This document shows, piece by piece, positions 1 to 12,739 of a stretch of 64,000 bases of DNA (positions within the stretch are counted from its first letter, which is position 1; each line of letters starts with the position of its first letter). A program made the translations under genes and the position numbers. The stretch comes from Raillietiella orientalis (taxonomy: Eukaryota): contig JAYWIR010000048.1 in NCBI GenBank assembly GCA_036172245.1, positions 1,054,001 to 1,118,000 on the forward strand, read 5' to 3'. The notes beneath the pieces are model-generated. The model saw only the letters and a list, made by a program, of their open reading frames with translations, made no database searches and had not been told where the DNA came from.

Positions 1-1719
1 ACTGGGGGGTCCCGCTCCTTTGCACAACCGGAGGGGGATATGGTGGCATCTGCCTTTCTTGTGCCCCCCCGTCTTCATGTCGTCTTTGTCACTTCAATGA
101 AATGGTTTCGAAAAAAGTCTCTCGCAAGATGAAAAAAAAAAAAAAAAGGCGTATCGACTGTCCCATCCATTTAGGGAGAGCGCGGGAAATCCGAGTCGGA
201 AAATTTTCGTAGATGAGAATCAAAGATCCTACAGCAAAGTGGGAGGAACAAAAAGGAGGTGGGGGGGGGGCTGCGTATACGTGCATACCTAATGTTCTTG
301 AGAAAGCTTCCCTATTGCATGGAATCATTAACCAAGTGCTGCAAGCACGTGCGATGTGTATCAATGTTACCAAGGGAACACGCAGTCTACCATCGACATA
401 CCCTCCACCTGATCACAGGAAACCGAGAGCAGGCGTTCGCTCAAATAACGAGGGAAAAGGTTTTCGGTGGTGCGGCCGAAAGATCAAAGTCACCTCCAGG
501 CTATGACGGAACAGGCGCGCCATCTGACGAGCTAAAGCCGCCTTGACGTGGTTACGCCCAAATCCCGGAAACTTCGAAAGGTCGTACGCAAGGTGCTTCG
601 TGGAAAAGAAGCCTGGTCCAATAGGGCTCTCCTGGTGCTCCCAAAGCAAAGCGCCCACAGGTCGACCTCAGGATGTTTTCGAAGAAGGAGCAAAGCATGG
701 TTTTCCGGACCTTCGGATAAGGGCGTGACCACTTCCTCGGAGTCGAGGAAGGCTATCAGAGCACAAGGGAGGGATTCCAAGACCGCCATGTGACTCCGAG
801 AGAGCATCGACCGAAACAGGGAAAGAAGAGACTTGAAAAATTAATTAACTGCTTGAGAGATCTCATTAAGCCGTTCGTTGTGCGGAGCCACCATCATGCT
901 TTTTTACGAGCTTCATGACTACGTGACCTTGCGCCGCGCTGCGTCAATTTAACCGAATCCGGATGACGAACGTCCGCATCCTTCCACCGGTCCTTTCCTC
1001 GCTGGAATTCCACTGCGTCTTCGTGCCAGCCGGGACCGCTCCTCATCTGCGAAGTTCCTCGGAACTGTTTTCGAGCATCCTGAATTCCGCGCGATGGATG
1101 AATTCGGGAGACGGCACTGTACGCGTACCGTACGGCGTTCGTAAGGAAGTGGGGCGTCGCTCTCTGTCTCCCGTTTTTGGCACCGGTCGCCTAGCCTTGC
1201 CCTCCCTTAGGGCTAGCAGCGCACGTACCCGCGTGTCGAAAAATTCTCGAGCTGCGAAGCGTTCCGTCTGCAGCATCGTTTTCGCGTGCCGAAATACCGG
1301 GGGCGGTGAGTGCGAGGCGACCGGAGGGAGTGCGGTCCACCGTCCACCGCGTGGTTTCGGGCGCGCGCGCCATCGCCGGAAACACCGTCGGGTCGCGCCC
1401 GGGCACGGCTCCCGCGAGCTGCTGGTGGGGAGTGACAAAGCAATCGCCCGAGACCATCCAGACGCGCCAATAAACCTTTTCTGGAAATGGATCCCGTAAG
1501 TGGGGACGGCCTTTCCGTAAATGGAAGTGTTTGTGTTCTTGACATTACTGAGGAACGAGCGCTCCGTGAAAGCAGCATGCATGCGCCGAGTTCGATTACC
1601 GGCCGCTGCTGCAGACAAAGAGGAAACAACTGGTACCTGCAAATTGGATGAGGACGGTCTGGCATAATTTTACGCAGATGAGCCGAGGAGGAAAAGGAGT
1701 CCAATTTCTCTGCTCCCGG

Positions 1720-1950
1720 CTGCTGATCCGCAAAGCGGAATGCTAATTCGAGAAAATCTGGCGGAGTGATCCCAGCCCGTGCACCATGTACTTTATCAAA
1801 CACGCGATTGATTGCAGTACTTCTGCACCAACCGCGGGAATACGGGATGGCAGGTCGCGAGGAAGTTCACGGTCCTCGATCCGGAAGTCGAAAAAGAACT
1901 GGTCCACTCGTGGAGCAACAACGCGTATTACGCTTTAAAGCGCGGGGATC
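1720..1950 (+). mobile_element. Possible pogo/CENP-B-like transposase N-terminal remnant
   Basis: TVLDPEVEKELVHSWSNNAYYAL resembles the pogo-type E.E..LV.....YGL segment; short match only. Confidence 0.25.
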
Positions 1951-2189
1951 CGAGTGCGCGGCAGACCGGTCCTCCGGATGCTGGAAGTTCTCCACGCCCA
2001 TCTCGATCTTCGTCGAGAGTGCACGAGTGCGTTGAGCCCTCCTTTCGGTTTCCCGCCTCGCTTCCGATCCGAATCCAAGCTTCATCCGCATCTGGGGATT
2101 ATCGAGGCAGACCATTTTCCGATTTGCTTCCCAATTCGAGGCTTCTTACACGGATTTACAATTTCGGGTTTAGCCCTCCTCGGAGGCCT

Positions 2190-2940
2190 GCTGAGGTCCC
2201 CGCGCATGGCACCACCAAGCGTCGCGGGCTCGAATACTCCGAACGGAATCGACGCAGGGCGTCGTGGGTTTCGAGTTCCTCCCGCGAGATGACGCCGGTC
2301 GGCCTCCATTCATGCGGGTGTGGCGGCACTGGGAGCGGTTGAAACCGCACTGCCCCCGATGACTGGCCGGGACAATGGGATTCGGGTTCGTTCGGACCCT
2401 TCCAGGAATCGAGGAGCGGGAAGTTCCCCCTCCGGTTGTGCAAAGGAGCGGGACCCCCCAGTGTGGGGCAGACCCCTCCGTGTCGTTCAGATGGAGTAGG
2501 CGTGTCGCCACCTGTCCGGAGAGTTCAGAGAAGCGAACCCATCCCTTCGGGTTCTCTTCACAGGAGGAGCAAACAGGAGCGGTTTCCCTGCGGGATGGAG
2601 CAGACCCCTCTGGGGTATCTTCGGAGAGGATAAGGAAGGAGAGATTTGCTTCAGGCTTCCCTTCGGAGACAACCAGGGTGAAGGTGATCTCCTTTCCGGG
2701 AACCCCTCCCCAGGCGTGAGAGGAACGGACTCCGAGCCCTTACTGGATTCATAGGGCGGTCCCCTCCCGGGGTACCCTCTACCTATCTTGAAGAATGACA
2801 CGCACCCTCGGGTGGCGTGGAACCGTGTTAAAGAGCTGCGTGGGCCTCTAGGCGCCGCGACGGCTCTTGAGCTATTCAGCGAACCAAAGAAAAAACAGGG
2901 GGGGTCGGGGGGAACTGGAAGGAAAACAGCAAAGAAGGAT
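2190..2940 (+). mobile_element. tRNA-derived SINE-like element, near full length
   Basis: Degenerate B-box head (GTCGCGGGCTCGAATAC); family motifs GTGGGTTTCGAG..AGATGACGC, CCTTCGGAGACAACCAGGG, GAGAGGAACGGACTCC, GGATTCATAGGG, GCACCCTCGGG; A-rich end. Shared with at least five other loci in the window. Confidence 0.7.
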
Positions 2941-3681
2941 TTCCAGCATCAAAAGAAGGGTTCCCTTTCGGCCGCGGGGTGTGCACCCAAGCGCAGTTGC
3001 TTGGTGTGCGCTCTTCGGCGGCCTTCGAGTCAAGCAAGACACCTGTTGAGCCTCGTGTCCCTTTGCTTCGCCCACCCACCCACCCCCCTCGAAAAACCAT
3101 TTTGCTGCCTCTGGTTCAACAGCGGCGGCAGCAGGGGGGAGGGGGGCACGGCATCTCTCTGACCGCCGCCCGAGAAAAAGATGGCGGGCCGGCCGAAGAG
3201 GAAAACAGAGCCGAGGAGGAATCCATGGTATGTCGATGCGTAGGAGGTCTTCATCGCGGGCGCCAGCAGAAGATTCAGAGGTCAGCGAAGTGCCATCGCG
3301 GCTACAGGAAGATAAAAGGTGCCTAAACGAAGCCTTCACGCGGTTCATCTAATGAATCGAGCCGGGCGTGCTGCCGCCTTTGGTGCGGAAGGACTTGAGT
3401 TGGACCGAAGCAGGACGTCCCCGGAGCGAACCGGGATTTTCCGTATACAAACATCGAATGCGACTCCAGCTCGTATTGCAGGCGGGGGCAGAGCGTACAC
3501 GAATCGCAATCTCCCGTCCATGATGAATCGGCTAAGATTAAATATACACTGCAACGGGATCCAGCGGAATACGTCCCAATCCATTTGCTCGTCCGTAATG
3601 AAATGATCGTTATGGGCGCGTTCCCTTTTGCGGATGATTGAAAGAAATCGCGGCATCCCAATCTGTAGACAATGGGGTTCG

Positions 3682-3700
3682 TATGTATATATATATATAT

Positions 3701-3731
<31 letters not shown>

Positions 3732-3744
3732 TAGATAGATAGAT

Positions 3745-3775
<31 letters not shown>

Positions 3776-3791
3776 TAGATGTATGTATGTA
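3682..3791. repeat. (TA)n/(TAGA)n/(TATG)n compound microsatellite
   Basis: Read directly from the sequence. Confidence 0.97.
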
Positions 3792-6209
3792 TTTGTGTCG
3801 CTTTGTTTCGTTCCCAGATCCAATAATAATGATGTATAATTATGGGATTTTTGCGATTGTGTGTTTTTTGCGTGTGTGTGTGTGTGCGTCTACGCCTTTT
3901 ATGAAAACCTCCATTGAAGAGTTCATCTCATCGCTGCGAGGAAGCCAAACGATTGGTCCAGCGGCACACCGGTTCGCAATGCTCCTGGGATATCGCCACC
4001 GGAAGATAATTTTCAAACTGAATTGAAAAAAAAAAAAAGAGAGTGAGAGATAGGGAGAGAGGAGAAGGAAAAGCGCTCCTGGAAGGAGTAGCATTTATAG
4101 TTATCAAGTATTAAGAGGCATGCTGAATTCTAGGGAACAAATCTTTGTAATCTCGCATGACTCCTGAATGACGTGCTTAGGATATCTTCCGAGAGATGTG
4201 ATACTCACGGAAGCTTATGGATTTCTCGGGATAAAACTTCCAGAGCGGTGGAGTTTTCCGAGCGCGCTATTTACTCCCGATGGCTACATTTTATTGTCGT
4301 GCTGTAATTTAAGAGCTTCGGCCGAAATGGATTGCTTTAAAGCGTCCGAAACAGCACCGCCGCAGGGTCATTTCTCCCCGTGGCGACTCATAATCGTTGC
4401 GCAATACTAATCCGACAATAATTACTGCCAGAACTCGCTATGTAGGGGGTAACACGCGTAAGTTATTGTGGGGGGGATGCAACGCCCCATACTCGGGACT
4501 ACTCGCTTATGCGTGGCATCCGAGCAGATTACTACGGAGCCATCGCTGCAGGCACACCGCGCAGCAGCAGCGATCTTTGCTTCTTAAGGCCGTCACGGCT
4601 TCCGAGTCTTCTGAGGACCATCGGGGGCGCGCGTCGCTTATTCTGCTCGCTGCCCTCCCCCCGGAAGCAAGCAGCAGCAGCACGCGGGTGCCAAGGCTGC
4701 ACGTGCCACATCGAAGTCTCACCCACGGGAACTCGCTAACTCACGCCACGGTCCACTGGGAAGCCTCCCCGCGCCTTCATCCATCCTTCCCCCCATCCTC
4801 ACAAGACCAGAAACGCCCGGAAAGGGCAGCTTCCAGCCGTGCTCTGGGTTACCGGTTCCCCTCTCTTGCCCGTGGCACAAATCCCATCCTCCCTGTGTTT
4901 CTTGTTTTGCATATCGCGTGCTCCACAATCATCACTCTTCGCGGTTGACCGGAGACATCGATCCAAGTGAGCCGAAGGGCAAAGTCGGGCTCGACACAGC
5001 GGGAACATCCGAGCGGCCGAAAGGCAAACGCATGCAGAACCGATCTGGGATCTGCTCCCGTCTAGAGGCTGCCCGCTCTGAAAGCCCGGTCCTCTCCCAC
5101 CCGGGGCTCGAAGCGGCTACAGCAGAGGGGCGCAAAACCCGAAGGTCACGCGAGCCCTGCGTTAAAAAAGGTTCGCGAAGATTTGCTGCTTCGCTTCTCC
5201 CCACACCCCTCCCCCCTGGTTGCACGGTTGTTCCGTAGGGGCGCTGCTCTAAACCCACTTCCGTCTCGTTCCTGCAAGCACCAACCAAGCGCACCTTTGG
5301 GAGATTTTCTCTTCACCTAGGTCAGCCGTACTCGACCTTTCTTCCTCTCGGGCCACATGACCCAGGTGCGCGACAGTAGGCGCGGGCCAACGCCACTGAC
5401 ACACTGCTGTTGCGATGAAGGTGAACCTTTCGCGTCTCATCAAAGACCCTTGAGGTCATCAAATGACGAACAGCGTTGTATTACTTTTTCCCCGGTATGA
5501 CCTCTGTCAGGCAAATATTGTGGCGAGTTCCGGGCGCGCAGGCAGTGTACTCTTCTTTCCGCGTACCAACCCTTGAAAGTACGAGAGGCGAGACTGTACG
5601 CAACAACGTTGTCGTCGCACGGAGTCACGAAACAAACAAACGACAACCCGCGAGAGGCGCTGCGCGCGCAGGTGCTCGCGATGTGCCCTTTATCAAAAAA
5701 CTGCTGCCCGACTATGAGGAGCTTAAGCAAAGTGCTTGATGGCTGCGGATGACACAGGCCGCACATACATGCGCTTGGCGGACCTCCATGCGGCCCGCGG
5801 GCCCGTGGGTTGAGTATCGCTGACCTAGAGGGTAGGAAGTTCATTCCGAAGGCGCATGCGCGGAACACGAATCCGGAGAGACGGTGCAACGATGCTTCTG
5901 CTTCCGTACCAACGTTTCGTTTCCGGTTCCGTTCCTCATCCACCGGAGGTAGCCCAATCGAAGAGGACATCCGGGTGCCCTGCGGCATCGCTAATGCATC
6001 CGTTCTGTGATCGAAACTAGCGCGAAGGAGACGAAAGACCCCCCCGGACTCTCGAAAACGAGGATGACTTGGAGCGAAGAGGCGGGACTGCCACTCGTTT
6101 TGGTCGGATCAGAAACAGCGGAACGGTGGACCGCGGTTTTCACCCGGACCCAAAAGCATTTCCATCATCCGGGATCAGATGATGGCAACCCTTCTGGGTT
6201 CTCCTGCTT

Positions 6210-6935
6210 TCGCTGCTTTTCGCATCAGCTTCTTTTCTTTCTTTCTTTTTTTGGTTCCCAAGGGGTGCTGAAGAACCGTTCTGCCTCGTCGGGGGGGGCG
6301 GAGCTTCACGGAGCTCTTTACCACTCTCCACGCCACCCGAGCGTGTACTTCTTCAAGTTATAGGGAGCGACCCCGAGAGGAGACGACCCTATGAATCCCG
6401 GAAGACTCCAGAGGAAGGTGCTGGATTCATAGGTTGGCTCCCTCTCTTACGCTTGGAAAGGAACCCTTGCCCTGGTTGTCTCCGAAGGGAACCTCTCCCT
6501 CATTTCTTCTCTGGAGGGACCCCTGGCAAGGAATCCGCTCCCTGTTCCCTCCCCTGAAGAGAATCCCGAAGGCAGCAGCGCTCTTTTGGCACTCTGGAGA
6601 GGCATCATCCAGGTCCTCGGTACGCAATGGAGGTTCCCCTACGAGGAGGGAGGGGACGACCCCCTTTTCCCAATCGGAAGGGGGAACTGGGAACCTCCTG
6701 CATGGTTCCTGGAAGGACCCCGGGGGGTCAACTTCCAATCCCTGCCAGTCAACGGGGTGCATCCGGGGAGTTCCCGGCTTCCACCAGTGCCGCACCCGAA
6801 TGGAGGCCAACGAGCGTCATCTTTCGGAGGGACTCGAAACCGTCCATTTCTCGGCGTGCATTCTTCCCCGGGCGGAATCCGAACCCGCGACGCGTGGTAC
6901 GCCACGAGCGGAGGTCGCAGTCGCGCGGCCGCCGA
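6210..6935 (-). mobile_element. SINE-like element, same family, reverse orientation
   Basis: Reverse-complement motifs CCCTATGAATCC, CCCTGGTTGTCTCCGAAGG, GCGTCATCT, GGAATCCGAACCCGCGAC (B-box like); T-rich tail near 6240. Confidence 0.7.
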
Positions 6936-9785
6936 CCATGTACTCTTGAAGCTGGGAAAGGATTGGAGCGGCTCTCCGGCAGGGGAACCCGGAAGTCTTG
7001 GCACTCGGAGAGCAAGTTCCGTTGGTCTTTCGAATGGATTTCCATGACCGCTACGCCCATCCTCCGAGGAGCGAACCCACCGGATGTGAGTGGCGGAAGT
7101 GAGTGCTTACTGAATGGAGTTGCGTCCCTCACCCCGGATGCCCGCTGTGACCCTGTAAGCGGCCCAGCGAGCAAGTGAGGCGGCTGAGCGAAAGACGAGG
7201 AGCGAAGCGAGCGGAGTCGACACGGAAGTGTTTCGCTGCCTCAAAATAGCGTGTCCTCTGGGCGCCCACACACGCAACCCTTTCCCCCTGATAGCTTTCG
7301 ACAGCCGAAGCGGGAGGAAGCGGCGACTACAGAGCTGGTTATGAATAATTGACGGCGCCATCTTGCGAACGGCCGAGGTCCAGCCCATGGCTTAACAAGA
7401 GACGTTCACCCACGCTTTCCTCGAAGATCCTCTTTTACCCGAAATTTACCCCCCCCCCCCCTTCCCCCAAGAAAAAGCGCCGGAGATTAAGATCAAAAGA
7501 GGACCACGAAACCGAGACGAACCATCAAATATTGATGGAGCGGCGAGGAGTACACAAGCCGTGCGTGATGCCTTCTCGGTGCCTCAGGATTTATTCAACG
7601 CCGCACTCATCCAAAGAATAGCGGAAGATGAATAAATCAATATTGTCTTAGATAATGCGAGTTTGCACACGAGTTCTTTCGGCTGAAAACGCGAAATTTC
7701 GGTGCATAATTCATTGAGCACCAGAAATCACTGTAACAGCGAGCATCTGCATAATGAGTGCTCGTTGCGTAAGCGTCGCTTTGTGCGCGGAGCTCCAATA
7801 CAACAAGCCCGAGACGCCGGATTCCCCGGTAGGCGGGTGGGGTTGCCGTGGGGCCCACGGGAAGAACTGCGAACCGGGAAAGGGTGTTCGGGTCCAGGCA
7901 GGCGGGACGAAGCACCTCAAACAACGATCGGGCGCCACTGCGTCGGGTGTGGTGCAGCGGCCCTTCCCGTTCTTCGAGAGAGCGGGAGGAATGCTCGGGG
8001 ATTTCGGAGAAGCCGAAAGCCGCACCGCGTCCCGGAATATTCCGAACGGGAAACTTCCGGAGCCGAAGGCGGACGCGTGGACATCGAGGTCCTCGGGTGC
8101 GTCCCCTTGGAAACGACCCTAATCCAAGTCTTCCGCGCGCGAGCCACCTCGAACCGTGGGCGGGGGAGGGAGAAGGGAAGGCCAAGCGCTGCTTTCCTGC
8201 TCTGCTGCCCGGGTGCCCCAGCATCCGCCGCTCGCGAGAGGGCCCGAAGCTTTCGGACGCACCCATCCGCGTGCTCTTTAGGACGAGGCGAAAGCAACCG
8301 CAGTGAGCAACTCGTTCTGCCGGATGGCGGAGCGATACCTCCTGAACCTCTCCCGGGGCGACGCTCGTGGTGCCCCGAGCGCCCCATGATGTATCGCTCG
8401 CCCATCCGGAAGCATCTGAACCGCCTGGCGCTCCTAGCAACGGCGCAACCGAAGCGTTTTGCTTTCTCCGCTCGTTTCTGCTGGCTGTACGAGAAAAACC
8501 GGAACGAGCGGTCACGCGGAGTCCGGACAGCCCTTCCAGAGATTCCATGCGTGCTGGCGGGTGCGCTCCAGTGACCGCCGGAACCCCCGCACGTCAGCGA
8601 GCACGTAACGCGCGTGCCAGTCGCAAAGGGCACGCGGGAGGTGGCCGTGCGTTTCCAGGCACCTCCAGGCTGGAATGCTCGTGGTGCGGTTTGCCGTGCA
8701 ACTCTCCGCGGTCACCCTTCGCAACCGTTTCCGAGTGCGGATCAGGCGGCAGCACGGAGCACGGACGAACCGGTGGGTTCACGCGGAGCCTCTTTGAAGC
8801 TCGCAGCATCCAGGAAGAGCTCGCTCGTGCCTTGGGGGGGGTACCCTCCGGCATCGGAGAGTGCGGCGCGCCGTTCCGCCCAAGGATGCGAAAATCAAGC
8901 GGGGGAAATTCATCTTCCGCAGGCTACTCTTTCCCTGGTGCATCCGATTAGCGGCGGCGACTCTTTCGCTGATCTGCATTTCTGGGGGACCAACGAAAGC
9001 CGGTTCGCATCGTTCCTCGGTAACGAGCCACCTCGCTCCTGTGCTTTCCGTCGGGACTTTTGTCTTCCTCCTCTCAGAACTCCCGTCTTTTTATTCTGAT
9101 TTTTTTTTTACGGTTTTTTCAATCTCAGTGCCGATGACTTTCCCCGGTGTCTCGATTTCTTTTTTATGATCTTCCGCAAGGTTTATGGACAAAAATGAAA
9201 CCGAAAAAGTGCAGAGGGGTAATAACTTTACGGCCCCCTGGGCTGTTTATCCAAGCCAGCCCCGTTGTCACAGCAACCGGATCAACGATTCGTTTCCACC
9301 GATCTCCTTCGCGCGAAAGTTTAACGGGCTCGATGTGCCTGCGCTGCGGTTCTTCCTTTCCCGATCCAATTCGGTTCCTGACAAAGGAACTCCGCCTGGA
9401 CCTCTCCATCGCATCCTGCCTTCCACTTGTCCAGACGGCGCCGCAACCCCAGCGACAGTTCTGTAGCCGCAGACCGAGGACAGCCAGGGGATTGCATGAC
9501 CGGTGGAGTGAAGAAGGCGAGACCGACCTCCTCGCGAAATCCGGCTCCTTCAAGTCGCCGAAGACTTGAACTTCCCGAGAACGCAGTCTCCGATCCCAAA
9601 AGAGGAGCTGGGATTCTGCGACTTCCGTCGCCTAAAGCCCCTGAGTTCCTGTGTCTCTCCAGGCGAGACGAGTCCTCGTCTGCCCAGGATTCAGGCATCA
9701 CCAAGCCAGCGTGCGCTTTCCGTAACGCCTCCAAGCTTGCCGCTTGCGCGCGCCCTTAAGATACCCTCCCTTCCCGCGGGCCCTC

Positions 9786-10770
9786 TCCCGGGATCGCCAG
9801 GACAGCCCGCGCGCTTCTCCTCGAGCGGGACAGCCGCCACGCAAAGCGGAAAAACGGGCCGCGGGGATCGCGCCCGCAGGAAAGCGAGGATGGAGGTCTC
9901 GAGCGCCCACGGCACCTCCGCTCGCTCGTCCGTCGCCGCCTCCGCCTTCCGACACAGTCGTCCTCTTCGCTCCCGTTCGCACGCCGGCTGCCGTGACGAC
10001 GACCGCCGTCGCGAGCGCGCGCCTCTCGCACGGTCGTCGTCCGCGCACGGCCGGCCATCGAGCCCGAGCGGTGGCGCGCCGCGTAGCCGCGCACGGGCAA
10101 GGGCACGGGAGCTGGGCAGGAGAAGGCGGAGGGTGCGGGAAGCAGAGGCCACGAAGTTCGTGCTCGGGAGGGGGCTGCTGTCGCCGCGGAGCAGCCTGCT
10201 AGGGAGCAGGGAGGAGGGGGGAAGGGAGGACAAGCGAAGGGCTGGCTGTCCTTGTGCACGCGCGCGCTCCCGGGGAGTTCGCCGCTTTCCGGGCGGAGGG
10301 ACGCCGGCGCTCCGGGATGGATCGGCCCCTCCGCCTGCTCTGCCGCTTCTTCCCTGCCTCCCGCCGCCATCCTCCTTTCCCTCCGTCGTCCGAGCGCGTG
10401 CACGGAGAGCACGCGAGCTGCCGCGGACCGCGTCCCGGGCAGCCGGGCATGCTGCTGCTCCCGCGGACCGAACTGACCAGCGGGAGGCGGCGACGACGGC
10501 GGCGGCAGCGGGAAGCGGAGGAAGAAAAGAAGGGGGGAGCGAGAAGGCTGCGCTCGTCCTCACGGACCGTACCTTCCGCAGAAATTCTCCCTGCTCCCCC
10601 TCCTCGGGAACGCTGGTCGAAGGCGGACCGTCCTCTTCCCCCCGCCCGGCGTCCGTGAGAAGCTCCGCGCCTCCTTCCCGGAGGCCTTGCCCGAGCGGGC
10701 CGCTCGTCCATCACCTGGAGACGGGAGGAAGGAGGAGGCGAAGGAATCGCAATAGGAAGATCGGGGAAAG
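9786..10770 (+). repeat. 985-bp GC-rich segment, copy A of a long inverted repeat (Nav intron after exon 6)
   Basis: Runs TCCCGGGATCGCCAG...GATCGGGGAAAG and is the reverse complement of 28181-29165; overlapping ORF translations in several frames are identical between copies. Confidence 0.97.
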
Positions 10771-12517
10771 GGAGGCAAGGAAAGGCGGTTGGGCGGTTCC
10801 CGTCTTTGGGAACCGCCCAACAGTCTTGGGATGTTCACGCGATGTGAGAGAAGTCCTGGGAAATCTTCGACCCCGCGAGACCCCATTCCGGGGAAGGGCG
10901 ATGGCTCAGGAGGTCTCCGAACGTAGGGCGCTTCCACTTTCGCAGTGAATCCCGAGTTGAGAGCGTTTTGTTCCCGGGACTGGAAAAAACAGGGGAAAGG
11001 GGGACAAGGAAGTCGGGAGACTCTCCCCGCAATCATGGAGGTCTCATCGCTCGTGGTCGCTTCCCCCCTTTCCTCATCTCTCAGGGTTGTGATGCAGCGT
11101 TGGATGAGCAGAAGCTCCCAGCAGTCCCCCGCTGAACTTTCAGCGACGTCGGCGGTGCACGGAACAGTCTCAGGACGGAGGCAAGAGGACACGGGAGCAG
11201 CCAGGGCGTTGGGGAAAGGAGGGGTGTGGAGAGAAGGTGAAACTGACCTCTTACCAAGCGGAGAAAGTCATTCGGAGAAGCGCGCGCCCGACAGGCCCTC
11301 TGACCCCACCTGGGGCGACAGGAAGGGCGGACGTTGGCAGGGCTGCCAGAGCAAGCCAAGTGCATCCCTACTTTTTGGTCTCCGGAGGTGGTGGCTCGAG
11401 AGTCGAAGGCCAGCTGGCTCTGGCCCACGGGTGACCTCCGTCTCCGCCTCCAGCGGGACTGGCAGGAGCGCTTGGCAGGCTGGGAGGATCGTCGCCCCCC
11501 CCCCCCCCTTCCTCTCGTCGCCTCCCGCCGTCGCGAGACGCGCTTGCGGAGACGATCTCTCCGTGCGTGCACAGCGATGTTCCTACACCTCCCCCCCTCG
11601 TCGCGTGCGGTGCTCGAAAGCCATCCGAAAGAAACGCTTGCAAGCCAGGGCGACCGTTCCCTCCGGTCCCGGTCCCGCCAGCCGTGGGGTCGTGGGCAAC
11701 ACCGAATGGAGAGAGCTCCGGCGTGTCCCATTTTCACGGAGGACTGATCCCTGAGACGCGGAGTCTCCTCGGATGGGGGTTGGGGTGTAGGCGGCGCGTT
11801 GCAGGGAGTGTTCCTCCCTTCTTCCCAGTTTCCCTCGTCCGGGGCGCGATCCCAGCGCAGCAGCTGGGAGGAGTCGGTGGGAACGGGAGCGTGAGCCTTC
11901 GCGAAGGGGTCTAGGCTGATGGGGGGAACCACGGCTTCGCGAGAGGCAGCTGCTGCTTTTGCTGCTGGAGTCCTCCGCAAAAGGGAACTCTCCGGCCAGG
12001 CGTCGTCTCCCCACACAGAGGGGGCGAGCAGCTTCCCTACCCTGTTCCTCCTGGAGACGGGGTTGCGAGTGACCACAGCGGCCGCCTTTCGACGCCACGT
12101 ACGACTCCCATCTTCAGCGACAGGAGGGAAGAGTAATGAGAGGCGTCTGATGTGCCGTCGGACCCAGCTTCCGCGTCTGGAAGAGCTGCCCACCTACTTT
12201 GCATCACGGAGTGCTTTCTCGGAGGAAGGATGGGGCAGCTCTTCAGCTGCGCTAACGGCGGCTCCGCGCGAAAGCGGCCCACGGATCTGTGAAGCGTGGG
12301 AGCCCCGCCTGGCGCCGTTCGGAAGCTCCCGGTGATCCTGCTCGGAGATCTTCCTTCACGCAAAGCCGCAACGGGGGCGACCGCTCTGATGCGGGCGCCT
12401 GGGAACCCTTACGCGTGCCTCGAAGCGGAGACTCCACGCCGCCACCACCCGCGAGCGCTCTGTGGACGAGGTGCGCGCGCCATCCGGAAGGAGGGGAAGA
12501 GGGGGAAGTGGACTCAC

Positions 12518-12739
12518 CGGGGTTCTGTGAAAATTCCAGCCAGGTTTCGGAGCTGCTGCTGTTGTCCGCGGGTTCGCTCTCGTTCGGTGAGAACACCCGG
12601 ATGCACTTCTGCGTCAGAACACCCATGTAGATCTGCAGTCCGAGCAGCGCGAAGATGGACAGGGAGAACATGGTCAGGATGATGACGTCCCGCAGGTTTT
12701 TCAGGGATTCGATCACGGCGCCCACGATGGTCTTCAAAC
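12518..12739 (-). CDS. para: Nav channel coding exon 6 (IS4-S5 linker, IS5, start of the extracellular loop)
   Basis: [79 protein letters not shown] acceptor, GTGAGT donor; 222 nt, ends in phase 1. Confidence 0.96.

Noticed and set aside
9566..10948. 460-aa ORF, and the mirror 384-aa ORF at 27907-29061
   Set aside because: Arg/Ala/Ser/Pro-rich with no domain motif; several frames are open because of very high GC; the shared peptide merely reflects the inverted repeat.
1..12517. Next Nav exon (NW...PLCGNSSGAG region)
   Set aside because: No convincing match found on the minus strand; NWYLQIG near 1628 is on the wrong strand and ends in a stop.
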